Shown: positions 1 to 9,889 of the stretch, piece after piece | Position numbering within the stretch: the first letter of the stretch is position 1 | Layout of the letters: each line of letters starts with the position of its first letter | Source: Candidatus Aenigmatarchaeota archaeon | Lineage (GTDB): Archaea > Aenigmatarchaeota > Aenigmatarchaeia > CG10238-14 > SpSt-28 | Assembly: GCA_025057985.1 (NCBI GenBank) | Contig: JANXEV010000001.1 | Location: forward strand, 11,131-75,130 | DNA length: 64,000 nt | Reading direction: 5' to 3' | Notes under the pieces: generated by a model | Told to the model about the DNA's origin: nothing | Database searches by the model: none | What the model saw: the letters and a program-made list of their open reading frames with translations, nothing else | Translations under genes and position numbers: made by a program

Positions 1-66
1 CCCATCTATCAGAATGTAGTTTCCTGGTTTCATATTTTTTATAACTTGGGTTGTTTTTTCGGCCAT
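1..66 (-). CDS. eif5a: Translation initiation factor aIF5A, 5' fragment running off the window
   Basis: Not in ORF track. Manual translation gives MAEKTTQVIKNMKPGNYILIDG, matching the aIF5A N-terminal 'lKpGxYilIDGepC' pattern; GAGGTGAGGA Shine-Dalgarno just upstream. Confidence 0.85.
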   Translation of the reverse strand, partial: MAEKTTQVIKNMKPGNYILIDG

Positions 67-70
67 TTCC

Positions 71-277
71 TCACCTCGTAGCTAACTCTATGTCTTCTTT
101 TTTAACAGTCAATCTCTTTGCATGTTTTGCAAATTCTATAGCGTTGTTTGCTATCTTTTCGGAGATCGAGTCTATTGTTCTATCAACTTCAATCAAAGCC
201 TCTCTAGAAATTCTTTTTATTCCAACACTTCTGGCTAGTTTTAGTAACGTGTTTTTCTTGAATTTAAAACCTTCCAT
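71..277 (-). CDS. Archaeal histone (HMf-like)
   Basis: 68 aa with RIS and AKHAKRLTVKKEDIELA histone-fold motifs. Confidence 0.93.
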   Translation of the reverse strand: MEGFKFKKNTLLKLARSVGIKRISREALIEVDRTIDSISEKIANNAIEFAKHAKRLTVKKEDIELATR

Positions 278-322
278 TTTAACTTTTATTGTAATTTTAA
301 TTATAAATTCTTTAATTTTTTT

Positions 323-2236
323 ATGATAGATGTTGTCTCAACTTGTATATACTGTGGGGTTGGATGCAAGCTTAGATACATCGTAGAAAATAATAAAATC
401 GTTAAAATTCTGCCGCACCCTAACGATAAAATCTCAGAAGGGCGACCATGTATAAAAGGTTTGACAATCAACGAAGTTGTAGAAAGTGGTAGAATAATAA
501 AACCGATGAAAAGAGTTGAAGGGAAACTGAAAGAAATCTCATGGAAAGAAGCCCTATCTATATTTTATAAGAAGTTGAAAAAGTTTTCACCTGATGAAAT
601 TTTTTTCACGGGAAGTGGAAAAATAACAAACGAGGATAATTTTATAATCCAAAAATTTGCTAGGTTAGTGATAAAAACAAACAATATAGATGGTTGTTGT
701 GCGAGACTTTGTCACATGCCCTCGGTGATCGCCTACAGAGATTCATTTGGTATACCGGCAAACCCGAATTTTTTTATAGATATATACAACGTAGACCTCT
801 TACTTGTCCTTGGTTCAAACCCAGCCACCAATTATCCAGCTTTTTTTGCAAAAGTGTTAAAAAACAGGGATAGGATAAAAATATTTGTAATATCTCCGAC
901 TTATTCCGAAACTTCAGAAATGGCCGATAAAGTTTTTTTGATAAATCCTGGTACAGAACTTCTCTTATTGAACGTAATAATAAAAGAATTGATAGAAAGA
1001 AAAGCTTTTAGAAGAAGGCCTATAGGTTTTGGTGATTTACATAAATCCGTGATCAGTTATTCTATCGAAGATGCTGAAAAAATTTGTGGAATTAGTAGAA
1101 GTGATATAGAATATTTGATAAACGAAATAATCAAGTGTAAAAACCTTGGTGCGATGCATGGAATGGGAGTTACTCAAAGGTTATATGCGGTAGAGACCGT
1201 ACAAGCTTTGTTGAACCTAGTAATTCTAATGAAGGGCAAAATTTTAAGCGGAAGGGGAGAAATAAATGTCCAAGGTTGTGGAGATATGTTGACTAATCCT
1301 GAGCCAATTCAGTTCAATCCGGATGCTGATTTAGAAAACTTGAAAAAAATTTGGGGTGAAGATCTTCCTAAAGAAAAAGGAATGAACATAATAGAAGCTT
1401 TAGGTTTTGGTAACGCAAAACTAGCAGTAATCTCCGCTTTCAATCCAGCACAGTCAATGCCAGATTTAAACAGAATTCATAGAAATTTGGAAAAAATGTT
1501 TGTGGTTCAATTTGACTCTTACTTTAATCTAACGTCCTACTTCTCCGATTTGATCCTACCGATTCCTCTTTTAATCGAAAGAGAAGGATCGATAACAAAT
1601 GCGGAAAGAAGGGTTGAATGGGTAGAAAAAGTTATAGATCCGCCAGGCGAATCGATAGAAATTTGGAAAGTTTTTAGCACTCTTGCAGAATTTTTCGATT
1701 CCGATAAGTTTGTTTATAAAGACGAGCTTGAAATATTTGAGGAGATCACGAAAATAGTTAAAAGCTATTCTAAAATAGATCCAAAATGGATAAAAGAAAG
1801 TGATATTTTTGCTGAGAAGAAAGAAAAATTCTTTAAAGTTCTACCGACCAGGTTTATAGGAGTGGAAAAGCAGACGAATCAAAAGTATCCATTTCTCCTC
1901 TATACCTTCCGGTCTAAATATCATTTTCTAACAAACGAGTCGACTGGAAAATCAAAAACATTGAACAGGGTAAAATACGGGCCGTATTTTTACATGAACC
2001 CTAATGATGCAAAAAAATTGAATCTAAAAAATTTAGATGAAGTTATCGTTGAAAGTTCCTGTGGAAAAGTTAACGGTTATGTATTCTTATCAGAAAAAAT
2101 TAGAGAAGGATATATCGGTGCTCACTTTCACTTTGAAAACCTTTTAGTCAATAAACTATATCCATTAGAATTCGATAAGAGAAGTTTTACTCCTAACTTT
2201 AAGTTAGTAGCAGTTAGGGTTAGGAAGGCTAGATAA
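323..2236 (+). CDS. Molybdopterin oxidoreductase, formate dehydrogenase alpha (FdhF)-like, Cys-type
   Basis: N-terminal CIYCGVGC...CIKG [4Fe-4S] motif, CARLCH active-site motif, GMGVTQ, RGEINVQG, TNAERRV and a C-terminal molybdopterin-dinucleotide-binding region. Confidence 0.85.
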   Translation: MIDVVSTCIYCGVGCKLRYIVENNKIVKILPHPNDKISEGRPCIKGLTINEVVESGRIIKPMKRVEGKLKEISWKEALSIFYKKLKKFSPDEIFFTGSGKITNEDNFIIQKFARLVIKTNNIDGCCARLCHMPSVIAYRDSFGIPANPNFFIDIYNVDLLLVLGSNPATNYPAFFAKVLKNRDRIKIFVISPTYSETSEMADKVFLINPGTELLLLNVIIKELIERKAFRRRPIGFGDLHKSVISYSIEDAEKICGISRSDIEYLINEIIKCKNLGAMHGMGVTQRLYAVETVQALLNLVILMKGKILSGRGEINVQGCGDMLTNPEPIQFNPDADLENLKKIWGEDLPKEKGMNIIEALGFGNAKLAVISAFNPAQSMPDLNRIHRNLEKMFVVQFDSYFNLTSYFSDLILPIPLLIEREGSITNAERRVEWVEKVIDPPGESIEIWKVFSTLAEFFDSDKFVYKDELEIFEEITKIVKSYSKIDPKWIKESDIFAEKKEKFFKVLPTRFIGVEKQTNQKYPFLLYTFRSKYHFLTNESTGKSKTLNRVKYGPYFYMNPNDAKKLNLKNLDEVIVESSCGKVNGYVFLSEKIREGYIGAHFHFENLLVNKLYPLEFDKRSFTPNFKLVAVRVRKAR

Positions 2237-2237
2237 A

Positions 2238-2420
2238 ATGATTAGAGGGGCTCTGAGGGATTTGTTGATTTTATACGGTTGTATAATAGTGTTTCAAGGT
2301 TTGATGAATGGGAGCATAAAATTTGACTACGGTTTGTTTCTGACATTTCTGGCTATTTTTTTAATGACTTTATGGTTTATGTTGGAGAGAATAGGAATAA
2401 TACCTAAGGTCACTGAATAA
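2238..2420 (+). CDS. Small two-helix membrane protein
   Basis: 60 aa, two hydrophobic stretches, starts 1 nt after the FdhF-like stop. Confidence 0.6.
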   Translation: MIRGALRDLLILYGCIIVFQGLMNGSIKFDYGLFLTFLAIFLMTLWFMLERIGIIPKVTE

Positions 2421-3255
2421 CAAAATCTTCGATCAACTTTTTTAAGTCTATTTTTCTTTTTAATCTGGAATAAACTTTTTCGATTTGTTCTACTTCTTCA
2501 AACGTTTTTCTCTCCTCTTTAAAATAAACGCCTATCGGAATTTTTCCATCCTTTATAGACTGGAAATGGAATGAAATTGCCTCTTCTCTTGACTTCAAAG
2601 GGTTTTCTATTTTCATTAGCCTGTCCCTAACTTCGTTTCTAAAATCGTTGAAAGAAACGCAAGGTTGTAAAATATCGACTACTGCAAAACCTTTGTGCAG
2701 TAAAGCTTCTTTGAAAATTTGCTTTAAACTTTCTTGATCTAGAGCGTAGGCTCTTGCAACAAAAGAAGCATTACTTGCTAACAAAAGCAGGATAGGATCT
2801 AGTGGCTCTACTCTTTCTCCTTCCGGTCTGACTTTGGATTTAAAACCTTTTTTAGAAGTTGGTGCCGATTGACCTGTAGTGAGAGCAAAAGTTTCGTTGT
2901 TGTGAACAAAAACCTTAACGTCGATGTTGTATCTAGAAGCGTGAATTAAATGTTCTAACCCTTCAGCATACATGTCGCCATCACCGACAAAACAAACGAC
3001 TTTTAAATCTTTATTAGCAAGTTTTATGCCAAGAGATAGAGGTATAGACCTGCCGTGTAAAGCGTTTACTCCAGAAATGTTTAAATAGTCGAAAATTTTT
3101 CCATGACAACCTATTCCAGAATTAACGATCAGTTTTCTCACATCGATTTTTCCATCTCTAGATAACTCATCAATAACGCTGTCAAATGCATTAAGTATAA
3201 CAAAATTTGAACAACCTGGACACCAACTCGGTAAAATCTCAGACCTAACCGTCAT
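2410..3255 (-). CDS. 2-oxoacid:ferredoxin oxidoreductase beta subunit
   Basis: WCPGC, GIGC, LHGR, GDGD...NN TPP motif, LTTGQ, ILQPC. Confidence 0.93.
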   Translation of the reverse strand: MTVRSEILPSWCPGCSNFVILNAFDSVIDELSRDGKIDVRKLIVNSGIGCHGKIFDYLNISGVNALHGRSIPLSLGIKLANKDLKVVCFVGDGDMYAEGLEHLIHASRYNIDVKVFVHNNETFALTTGQSAPTSKKGFKSKVRPEGERVEPLDPILLLLASNASFVARAYALDQESLKQIFKEALLHKGFAVVDILQPCVSFNDFRNEVRDRLMKIENPLKSREEAISFHFQSIKDGKIPIGVYFKEERKTFEEVEQIEKVYSRLKRKIDLKKLIEDFVIQ

Positions 3256-4898
3256 TTCACCACCTTTATCATTTCTATTAACTCTTTTCGTGAAAAAGGT
3301 CTACCGTCGTATTTCAAAATCGGCACGATTTTATCCCCACCAAACCTATCTATCATAGATTTGAACTGTCCGAATGAATCATTTTCTACGACAAAAATTC
3401 TTTTTGCTTTCTCCATTTCTCGAGCTATAATTTTTTCCGGTAGTGGAGAGAGATAAATGACGTGTAAAAATTTGTAACCTTTCAATTCATTTAAAGCATC
3501 TAAAATTACTCCTTTATTAGAGCCGAAACTTACGATCAAGTTTTCTCCTTCACCAAAAATTTTACAAGTTTCGAATTTTTCCTCTACTTCTTTTTTTAAA
3601 CTATAAAATTTCTTCACTCTCTTTTCTTGCATTTTTTCAACTATATCTTTTTCTGTAGTAGTAAATCCTTTTTCGTCATGTTCATAGCTATTTGCTTTCA
3701 CTAAAAACTCATCTGGATATGCCCTTTGAGAAACACCATTTTCTGTTATTTCATAAGTTTTAAAGTCCCTCTCTGAATTTGAGGAACTTTCCAATAAAAA
3801 TTTACTAACCTCTACTCTAGGTTCTACCATTTCTTCGAAAGTAAAGTAACTTTCGGCTAGATGTTTGTCGGAGAGAATTATCGACAGGATGTTATACTTG
3901 AAAGATAGGTAGAAAGCTTCTACAGTTTTTTCAAAAGCTTCTTTCGGGTCACCAGGAGCCACCACAACCCTAGGAAAATAACCATGACCGGAATACAGTG
4001 CCGCGTTTAAATCAGATTGAGAGTGATAAGTAGGTATTCCTGTTGAAGGACCACTTCTTTGTGCCAAATAAACAACTAAGGGTATTTCAGTCATGCCTTG
4101 AAAACTTAAAGTTTCTGCCATCAAATCAAAACCTCCTCCTGACGTCCCAACCATAGAAACAGAACCACCAAAATTAGCACCAATCGAAGCGTTAACCACA
4201 GAAATCTCACTTTCTAGTTGGAAAGTTTTTATATCGTGTTTGTTTCTTAAGGAAGATAAAAAATGTAAAAGCTTGGTTGAAGGTGTCATAGGATAGGCGA
4301 AATAAAAATCTAAACCCGAATAAATGGCACCTAAACCTACAGCAGAAGTTCCATCCATAAATATCTTTGGGTTACCCTTATCCGGCAATTTTATTTCTTT
4401 CAAATTTTTATCCAAAATTTTAAAAGACTCTAAAGCGACTTTTTCGTTCAACTCTCCTAACTCGGTTCTTAAAACCTCTAATAAAGGTTGTATAGGTAGG
4501 TTAAAAACTTTGAAAAACATGCCTAAAAAAGCTGAATTCTTGGTTATATCTGGTGCTCCCAATTTTTTCAAAATTTCCTTATAGTTTAAAAAAATCACGT
4601 TGTCTTGTTTTAATTCTTCACCACAAATTACTACTCCGTCTTGTTTTAAATTTCTTATACATTTCTTAGCTATCGAAGAATTGAAAGCCAAAATAGCATC
4701 TAGATCCGTGTCGTGAGAGTTTATCTTTTTTTCAGAAAAAGAAACGATAGAAAAATCGCTTCCTCCTTTTATATAAGATCCGAATTCTCTGTAGACAAAA
4801 GAATAAAAACCAAGTTTTACTAAAGATTTAGCAAGAATTGTAGATGATTTTTCTATTCCTTCTCCAGCTTTGCCGCCTATAAGAACGTTAAATTTCAT
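3252..4898 (-). CDS. 2-oxoacid:ferredoxin oxidoreductase alpha (fused gamma-alpha) subunit
   Basis: GGKAGEG N-terminus, YPMTP, ESEI, TSGGG, QRSGPSTGIPT; overlaps the beta gene. Confidence 0.93.
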   Translation of the reverse strand: MKFNVLIGGKAGEGIEKSSTILAKSLVKLGFYSFVYREFGSYIKGGSDFSIVSFSEKKINSHDTDLDAILAFNSSIAKKCIRNLKQDGVVICGEELKQDNVIFLNYKEILKKLGAPDITKNSAFLGMFFKVFNLPIQPLLEVLRTELGELNEKVALESFKILDKNLKEIKLPDKGNPKIFMDGTSAVGLGAIYSGLDFYFAYPMTPSTKLLHFLSSLRNKHDIKTFQLESEISVVNASIGANFGGSVSMVGTSGGGFDLMAETLSFQGMTEIPLVVYLAQRSGPSTGIPTYHSQSDLNAALYSGHGYFPRVVVAPGDPKEAFEKTVEAFYLSFKYNILSIILSDKHLAESYFTFEEMVEPRVEVSKFLLESSSNSERDFKTYEITENGVSQRAYPDEFLVKANSYEHDEKGFTTTEKDIVEKMQEKRVKKFYSLKKEVEEKFETCKIFGEGENLIVSFGSNKGVILDALNELKGYKFLHVIYLSPLPEKIIAREMEKAKRIFVVENDSFGQFKSMIDRFGGDKIVPILKYDGRPFSRKELIEMIKVVK

Positions 4899-4945
4899 TC
4901 TAAAAATAGATTTAGAGAAATAAATCCTTGAAAAAATGAGAGAAA

Positions 4946-5422
4946 TTAAATTTTTTTCATCTCGCTCATAATTCTCCTACCTTTTGGAGTTAAACTTTCT
5001 ATAAAATTTTTTCTCAAAATTCCAGAACCATAATAGTCGTTTTTGTTTTTTATCAAAACAAAATTATTCTCCTCACAATTTATCAACTCTTTCCAAAAAC
5101 AAGTCAACCCCTCCATATATCTTTTCAAATTTTCCTCGTCTAAAATAGCTATGTTTTTAGTCGCACTCTTTCCCACGATTTGACTACCTTCCGTAGAAAG
5201 TTGTATTTTTTCATTTTTTTTAATTTTTCCAAAATACAAACCAATGTAACTGGCTCTCCTTATCAAACTGTTTTTCAAACCTACTTTGTTAAACAAGTAT
5301 ATTTTACCCTTTTTGTTGATGAAAATTCGATAAACACTCAGATCTATCCTACATCCGTAGTTCTTTTCAATCAACTTCTCTATTTCTTCTATCCTCTCTT
5401 TTCCTACTTCCTCAACTTGCAT
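4946..5422 (-). CDS. PUA/pre-PUA domain protein (NIP7/RsmF C-terminal-like)
   Basis: GLYFGKI...QLSTEGSQIVG pattern; directly downstream of an RsmF/Nop2-type methyltransferase. Confidence 0.65.
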   Translation of the reverse strand: MQVEEVGKERIEEIEKLIEKNYGCRIDLSVYRIFINKKGKIYLFNKVGLKNSLIRRASYIGLYFGKIKKNEKIQLSTEGSQIVGKSATKNIAILDEENLKRYMEGLTCFWKELINCEENNFVLIKNKNDYYGSGILRKNFIESLTPKGRRIMSEMKKI

Positions 5423-6318
5423 ATAAAAAACCCCTCCGTCAAATTGTCAAAAGGATAAAATCTCATCGCACACTCAGAGTATTCATATCTAACACCTTTA
5501 TAACTCTCTATTCCTCTTCTGTATTTCAATCCTTTTAAATCTATTTTTACCGGCTCTAAACCTAACTTTTTCACGGCATAATCCAAATTTTCCTCGTTTT
5601 CTTCAGGATCCATCGAACAAGTCGAATAAACAATCTCTCCTCCTTCCTTCAAAACTTCAGCGGCACTTTTTAGAAGTTTTTTCTGCAAACTACTAAGTTT
5701 TTTAACCACATGTTCGCTCCAAAACTCTAAAACACTAAAACTGCTTATAAAGGTTCCGCTGGCGCTACAAGGAACGTCGACAAGTATTTTATCGAAAGTC
5801 ATTCCAAGCCTTTTTACATTCAAACCATTCATCATTGTCACGACTGTGTTCGTCGAACCTGTTTTTTGTAAATTGTTGGATAAGGCTTCTATTCTCCTAG
5901 GAGAGATGTCGTTTGCAATTATTAAACCTTTATTTTTCATTAATTCAACCATAAAAGTCGTTTTAGAACCAGGTGAAGCACAAAGATCTAACACAACTTC
6001 ATCTTCCTTCGGATTCAATACTATAGGCGGTACTAAGCTAGCCGCGTCTAAAATGTAAAAATAGCCTAGAAAAAATTCTTCAGATTTTGCTATCTTTTCC
6101 TCTGTCTCAACAAAAAACGCAGTCTCACACCAAGGAACCTGATGCAACTTCCATCCTTTTTCTTCCAATCTCTTCTTCAACTCATGTTTAGATATTTTCA
6201 AAGTGTTAACTCTAATCGTTTTCATAGGTCTAATATTCAAACATTCCTCTAACTTACTAAACTCGTCACCTAATATTTCTCTAAACTTCTTACTAAAGCC
6301 TGTTGGAAAACTTATCAT
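5404..6318 (-). CDS. RsmB/RsmF/Nop2 family RNA m5C methyltransferase
   Basis: RVNTLK, LDLCASPGSKT, DVPCS and YSTCS (both catalytic Cys), EENE, GFFIC. Confidence 0.93.
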   Translation of the reverse strand: MISFPTGFSKKFREILGDEFSKLEECLNIRPMKTIRVNTLKISKHELKKRLEEKGWKLHQVPWCETAFFVETEEKIAKSEEFFLGYFYILDAASLVPPIVLNPKEDEVVLDLCASPGSKTTFMVELMKNKGLIIANDISPRRIEALSNNLQKTGSTNTVVTMMNGLNVKRLGMTFDKILVDVPCSASGTFISSFSVLEFWSEHVVKKLSSLQKKLLKSAAEVLKEGGEIVYSTCSMDPEENEENLDYAVKKLGLEPVKIDLKGLKYRRGIESYKGVRYEYSECAMRFYPFDNLTEGFFICKLRK

Positions 6319-6364
6319 TTACACTATTCTTAACTCAATTTATGAGTTTTTACCTTATAAAAAT

Positions 6365-7216
6365 TCAAGAAAATATAGTAAAAATCAAGATACCGACGAA
6401 AACCATGAAAAAGCTATGTTTTATACCAGCTATCACACTACCTTCAGACATTTTTCCAACAGCTAGACCAGCAAAAATACCTTGGATTATTATTATGTCT
6501 CTAAAAACGTTTTTGAAGAAAGGTGACAATTCAGCGGCTTGTGTAGTTTGTTTTTCCACATCCGTTATACCAGAGACGCTAACATCTAATCCAGGTAGTA
6601 GAAATTTTTCTATGGCAATTATTACACCTAGAAAAACGAAAAATATTATGTAACCCGTGGCTATTTGTCCTTGTAGGTATGCCATTCTTTCTTTCCTCAA
6701 CCTATCGATCTCTATAGCCACATTGGTTAAAGACTGAAAAGTATCGACGATGTTTCCACCAAATTTTTGAGCTTCTATAACCGATGCCACTATCCTACTT
6801 ATCATTTTCGACTTCGTCTCCTTTGCAAAAGTCTGAAGCGCTTCATCTATCGGTATACCCCATTCTAATCTAACCGAGAGTTTTTTTATGAAAGGTGTTA
6901 ATTCCTTATAATCATTCTTAGAAACAGACTTCAAGGCTTGAGGTAAAGTCAAACCCCCTCTAGATGCTTCAACAAAATCTCTAAGGAAGATAGGAAAATA
7001 CTCTTCTATATGTTTTTTTCTAGTATAAACTGAAATTTGATAAACTAGCAAAGGTAGTACCATCATCAGTGCGGCAAAAATGTTTATAAAAGAAAAAATT
7101 AGCCGAAATTCGGGCAGGCCTGAAAAAATTAGATAGTTTAATAATAGGAGAATTAAAGCAGCTACAATTCCTAAAACTATTGAGAATATAAATATTCTCT
7201 CCATTTTACATCTCAA
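6365..7216 (-). CDS. Type IV pilus/T2SS platform membrane protein (TadC-like)
   Basis: Multiple TM segments, FPIFLRD...GG motifs; in operon with a secretion ATPase. Confidence 0.85.
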   Translation of the reverse strand: MRCKMERIFIFSIVLGIVAALILLLLNYLIFSGLPEFRLIFSFINIFAALMMVLPLLVYQISVYTRKKHIEEYFPIFLRDFVEASRGGLTLPQALKSVSKNDYKELTPFIKKLSVRLEWGIPIDEALQTFAKETKSKMISRIVASVIEAQKFGGNIVDTFQSLTNVAIEIDRLRKERMAYLQGQIATGYIIFFVFLGVIIAIEKFLLPGLDVSVSGITDVEKQTTQAAELSPFFKNVFRDIIIIQGIFAGLAVGKMSEGSVIAGIKHSFFMVFVGILIFTIFS

Positions 7217-8075
7217 CCTCCATCGTGTTGAGGAATAGAATGAAGAAAACGTTTATCGAAGGGACTATCACATATGCTCCAAGCCAAACTAGATCTTTTA
7301 TACTCCAACCACCTAAAGTAGGCTGAATCATACTCATTATTGCTAACATCGCCACTAGGAAAAGGGGTGAAGTGACTATTATACCTGTGTAAAGCTCGGA
7401 CATCAAATCTAAGGTTCTTATGTATTTCTCTCTTTTTTTTCTATAGTCGAAAAGCGTTTGCTCTCCAACGGTCTTTAAATACAACTTTATGTTTCCTCCA
7501 CTCTCTATCGTCGTGATGAAACCGAACAAAAGTTGTTGTAAATCCTCAGATGGTGATCTCATCGCAGCTTCTTTTATGGCCGTTAAGGGATCCAGACCGA
7601 ATTCTTCAATGTTCCTAACGATTTTTTTAAATTCTTTAGAAATTTCACCATATTCTTCAAACTCTGAAATCAATTTAAACATTTGATAAGGCGGCAAACC
7701 AGAATCGACGAGCGCACTCATATGTATGAGCACAAAAGGTAGATTACCTTCTATTTTCTTTCTTCTAGAAATAATCCTTTGTGAGGGATAAAAATACATT
7801 ATTATAAACGAGAAGAAAGCGGCTAAAAACCCAACCAAAATAGAATAAGATACTGAGATGAACATCGATTTTGTGAAAATATATAAAATAAAAAAAGTAA
7901 GGATGGAAGCGTAAAAAAATCCTATGAGCGACAAAAATATCATTAAGCTCGCATAACTTATGAACGGCAGTTTGATGCCGGATTTTTGATAAGCATCCTT
8001 TAAGTTTTTAAAAAATTCTTCGTTTTTTTCTACCAGAGGCCCAAAAATTTTGGTTATCCCCGATATCAAACCCAT
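7206..8075 (-). CDS. Type IV pilus/T2SS platform membrane protein (TadB/FlaJ-like)
   Basis: NLPF...SG, YGEISKEF, SPS, SGG motifs of the T2SSF family. Confidence 0.85.
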   Translation of the reverse strand: MGLISGITKIFGPLVEKNEEFFKNLKDAYQKSGIKLPFISYASLMIFLSLIGFFYASILTFFILYIFTKSMFISVSYSILVGFLAAFFSFIIMYFYPSQRIISRRKKIEGNLPFVLIHMSALVDSGLPPYQMFKLISEFEEYGEISKEFKKIVRNIEEFGLDPLTAIKEAAMRSPSEDLQQLLFGFITTIESGGNIKLYLKTVGEQTLFDYRKKREKYIRTLDLMSELYTGIIVTSPLFLVAMLAIMSMIQPTLGGWSIKDLVWLGAYVIVPSINVFFILFLNTMEVEM

Positions 8076-8079
8076 AAAA

Positions 8080-9858
8080 TTAATTATTTCCCTCTTTCAT
8101 AAGTTTTAAACCCAAAAGTTTTAACACCGGATAGCTCCTTTTTCTTTCAATTCTCTTCTTTTCATCAAATTTTTCTACTATCTCCATTTTTTCTACTCTC
8201 TCAACTGGTTTACTTTCGACTACCACTTCTCCTAGAATTTGCCAGAACTTTTTAGGATCTTTGTAATATTCATTTATATTTTTGGTCACTTGAGTGTAGT
8301 CTTTTATTCCCTGATTCAACAACCATCTCAAAAATTTCTTTCTCCTTTCCAACTCTTTTAAAATCTCTTCATAAGAAACACCCATGTTGCTCGCTATTTT
8401 CTTAAGTTTTATACTTTCATTCAATTTTTGAAATGTATCTGATATTGGGTCCCACTTATAAATCGTTACCGTTTTAACATTACCATTTTCGTCGACTCTT
8501 TCTATTTCCTCTATTTCCTTTACCCTTCTTGCAGCTTTGCCTTTTTCCTTAGCGAATGTCATAACCACTATAACGTCTAAACTTTCTAGTAGAGAGGGTG
8601 GTAATTCTATCGGTGGGGAAATTAACCTTCTTACCACATCACCGGCAGAACCTGCGTGGAAAGTGCTTAAAGACGCATGACCAGAAGCTATCCCCTGAAA
8701 TAGAACATAAGCTTCTTCACCTCTAGTTTCTCCCACAATAACATAGTCTGGATTTTGTCTAAAAGCTTCTTTAAGTAAATCGAAAAGTGTAACTGAACCA
8801 TATTTTTCTCCAGAGGGTAAAGGTATACCGAATCCTGGTCTAGCTAGACCTGGCACCCAATGCTCGTGTACCAATCTTAATTCTCTCGTATCTTCGATTG
8901 AAACAATTTTCGCTTCTGGTTTTATGAACATACATATCGAGTTTAAGAATGAAGTTTTACCAGTAGCGGTTCCTCCGACGACCAACATCGAAGACCTATG
9001 TTCTATCAAAAGCCATAGGTAGGCTAAAACTTCTTCGTCGACCGTATTTAACTCAAGTTGTTCAACCGGAGAAAATGGTTTCTCCGTAAATTTTCTGATA
9101 GTAAAAGTTCCGCCTCTTGTTGCAACATCTTGGGCTATCGTGGCTGCAACTCTCGAACCGTCCGGTAAGCTAGAATCCAAAATCGGCTCAGCATAGCTAA
9201 CATACCTTCCACTTCTTTGAGCCAGCTTTATTATAAACTTTCTTAGTCTTTCCCCATCTGTAAAAACAACATTCGTTTTTAAGCTACCAAATCTTCTGTG
9301 TACAACATAAACCGGAATGTTTATACCATCACAACTTATGTCTTCGACGTATGGATCATTCAGAATTGTGTTAATCTCGTTGTATCCTATGAAATCTCTA
9401 TAAATATAGTACATCATCTTTAGGTATTGATTAACACTTAGTTTCAAACCAAGAGATTTTATCACCTTCTCCACGTTACTCTTTATATACTCCAAAGCCT
9501 TGCTTTCCTCTTTTATTTCCTCAAAACTTATCTCAACTAGTTCCATCAGATTCTTACAAATCTTGTCCAAAACTTCTTTCTCTTCTTTAGAAAGCTCCGG
9601 TTCGATAACTCTATAAATTAACATTTTTTGCTCACTATCCCATTTTATGTTAACATACGAGAATGGTTCTAGAACAGGATATGTGATGTCCACCTGTGTA
9701 ATGTCTTCGTATTTTTTAGGAAGCTCGACCATCTTAGAAACTTTTCTAAGTATAAAACCGGGTAAAGTTTTTTCCTCATTAGAAGATGTCATTTCCTTTA
9801 ATTTTTTGTAGCCAATACCCCTAAGACTTTTGATTTTCTCGGCTATAGACGTAACCAT
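8080..9858 (-). CDS. Type II/IV secretion ATPase (VirB11/TadA/FlaI family)
   Basis: EDISCDG, LPDGSR, TIRKF, Walker A GGTATGKT, IEDTRE, RQNPDYVIVGE, SGH..TFHA. Confidence 0.93.
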   Translation of the reverse strand: MVTSIAEKIKSLRGIGYKKLKEMTSSNEEKTLPGFILRKVSKMVELPKKYEDITQVDITYPVLEPFSYVNIKWDSEQKMLIYRVIEPELSKEEKEVLDKICKNLMELVEISFEEIKEESKALEYIKSNVEKVIKSLGLKLSVNQYLKMMYYIYRDFIGYNEINTILNDPYVEDISCDGINIPVYVVHRRFGSLKTNVVFTDGERLRKFIIKLAQRSGRYVSYAEPILDSSLPDGSRVAATIAQDVATRGGTFTIRKFTEKPFSPVEQLELNTVDEEVLAYLWLLIEHRSSMLVVGGTATGKTSFLNSICMFIKPEAKIVSIEDTRELRLVHEHWVPGLARPGFGIPLPSGEKYGSVTLFDLLKEAFRQNPDYVIVGETRGEEAYVLFQGIASGHASLSTFHAGSAGDVVRRLISPPIELPPSLLESLDVIVVMTFAKEKGKAARRVKEIEEIERVDENGNVKTVTIYKWDPISDTFQKLNESIKLKKIASNMGVSYEEILKELERRKKFLRWLLNQGIKDYTQVTKNINEYYKDPKKFWQILGEVVVESKPVERVEKMEIVEKFDEKKRIERKRSYPVLKLLGLKLMKEGNN

Positions 9859-9889
9859 AAATATATTTTGATTTTGTCGTTTAAACCAT

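Noticed and set aside
701..720. Selenocysteine in the FdhF-like active site
   Set aside because: The codon is TGT (Cys) and the ORF has no in-frame TGA.
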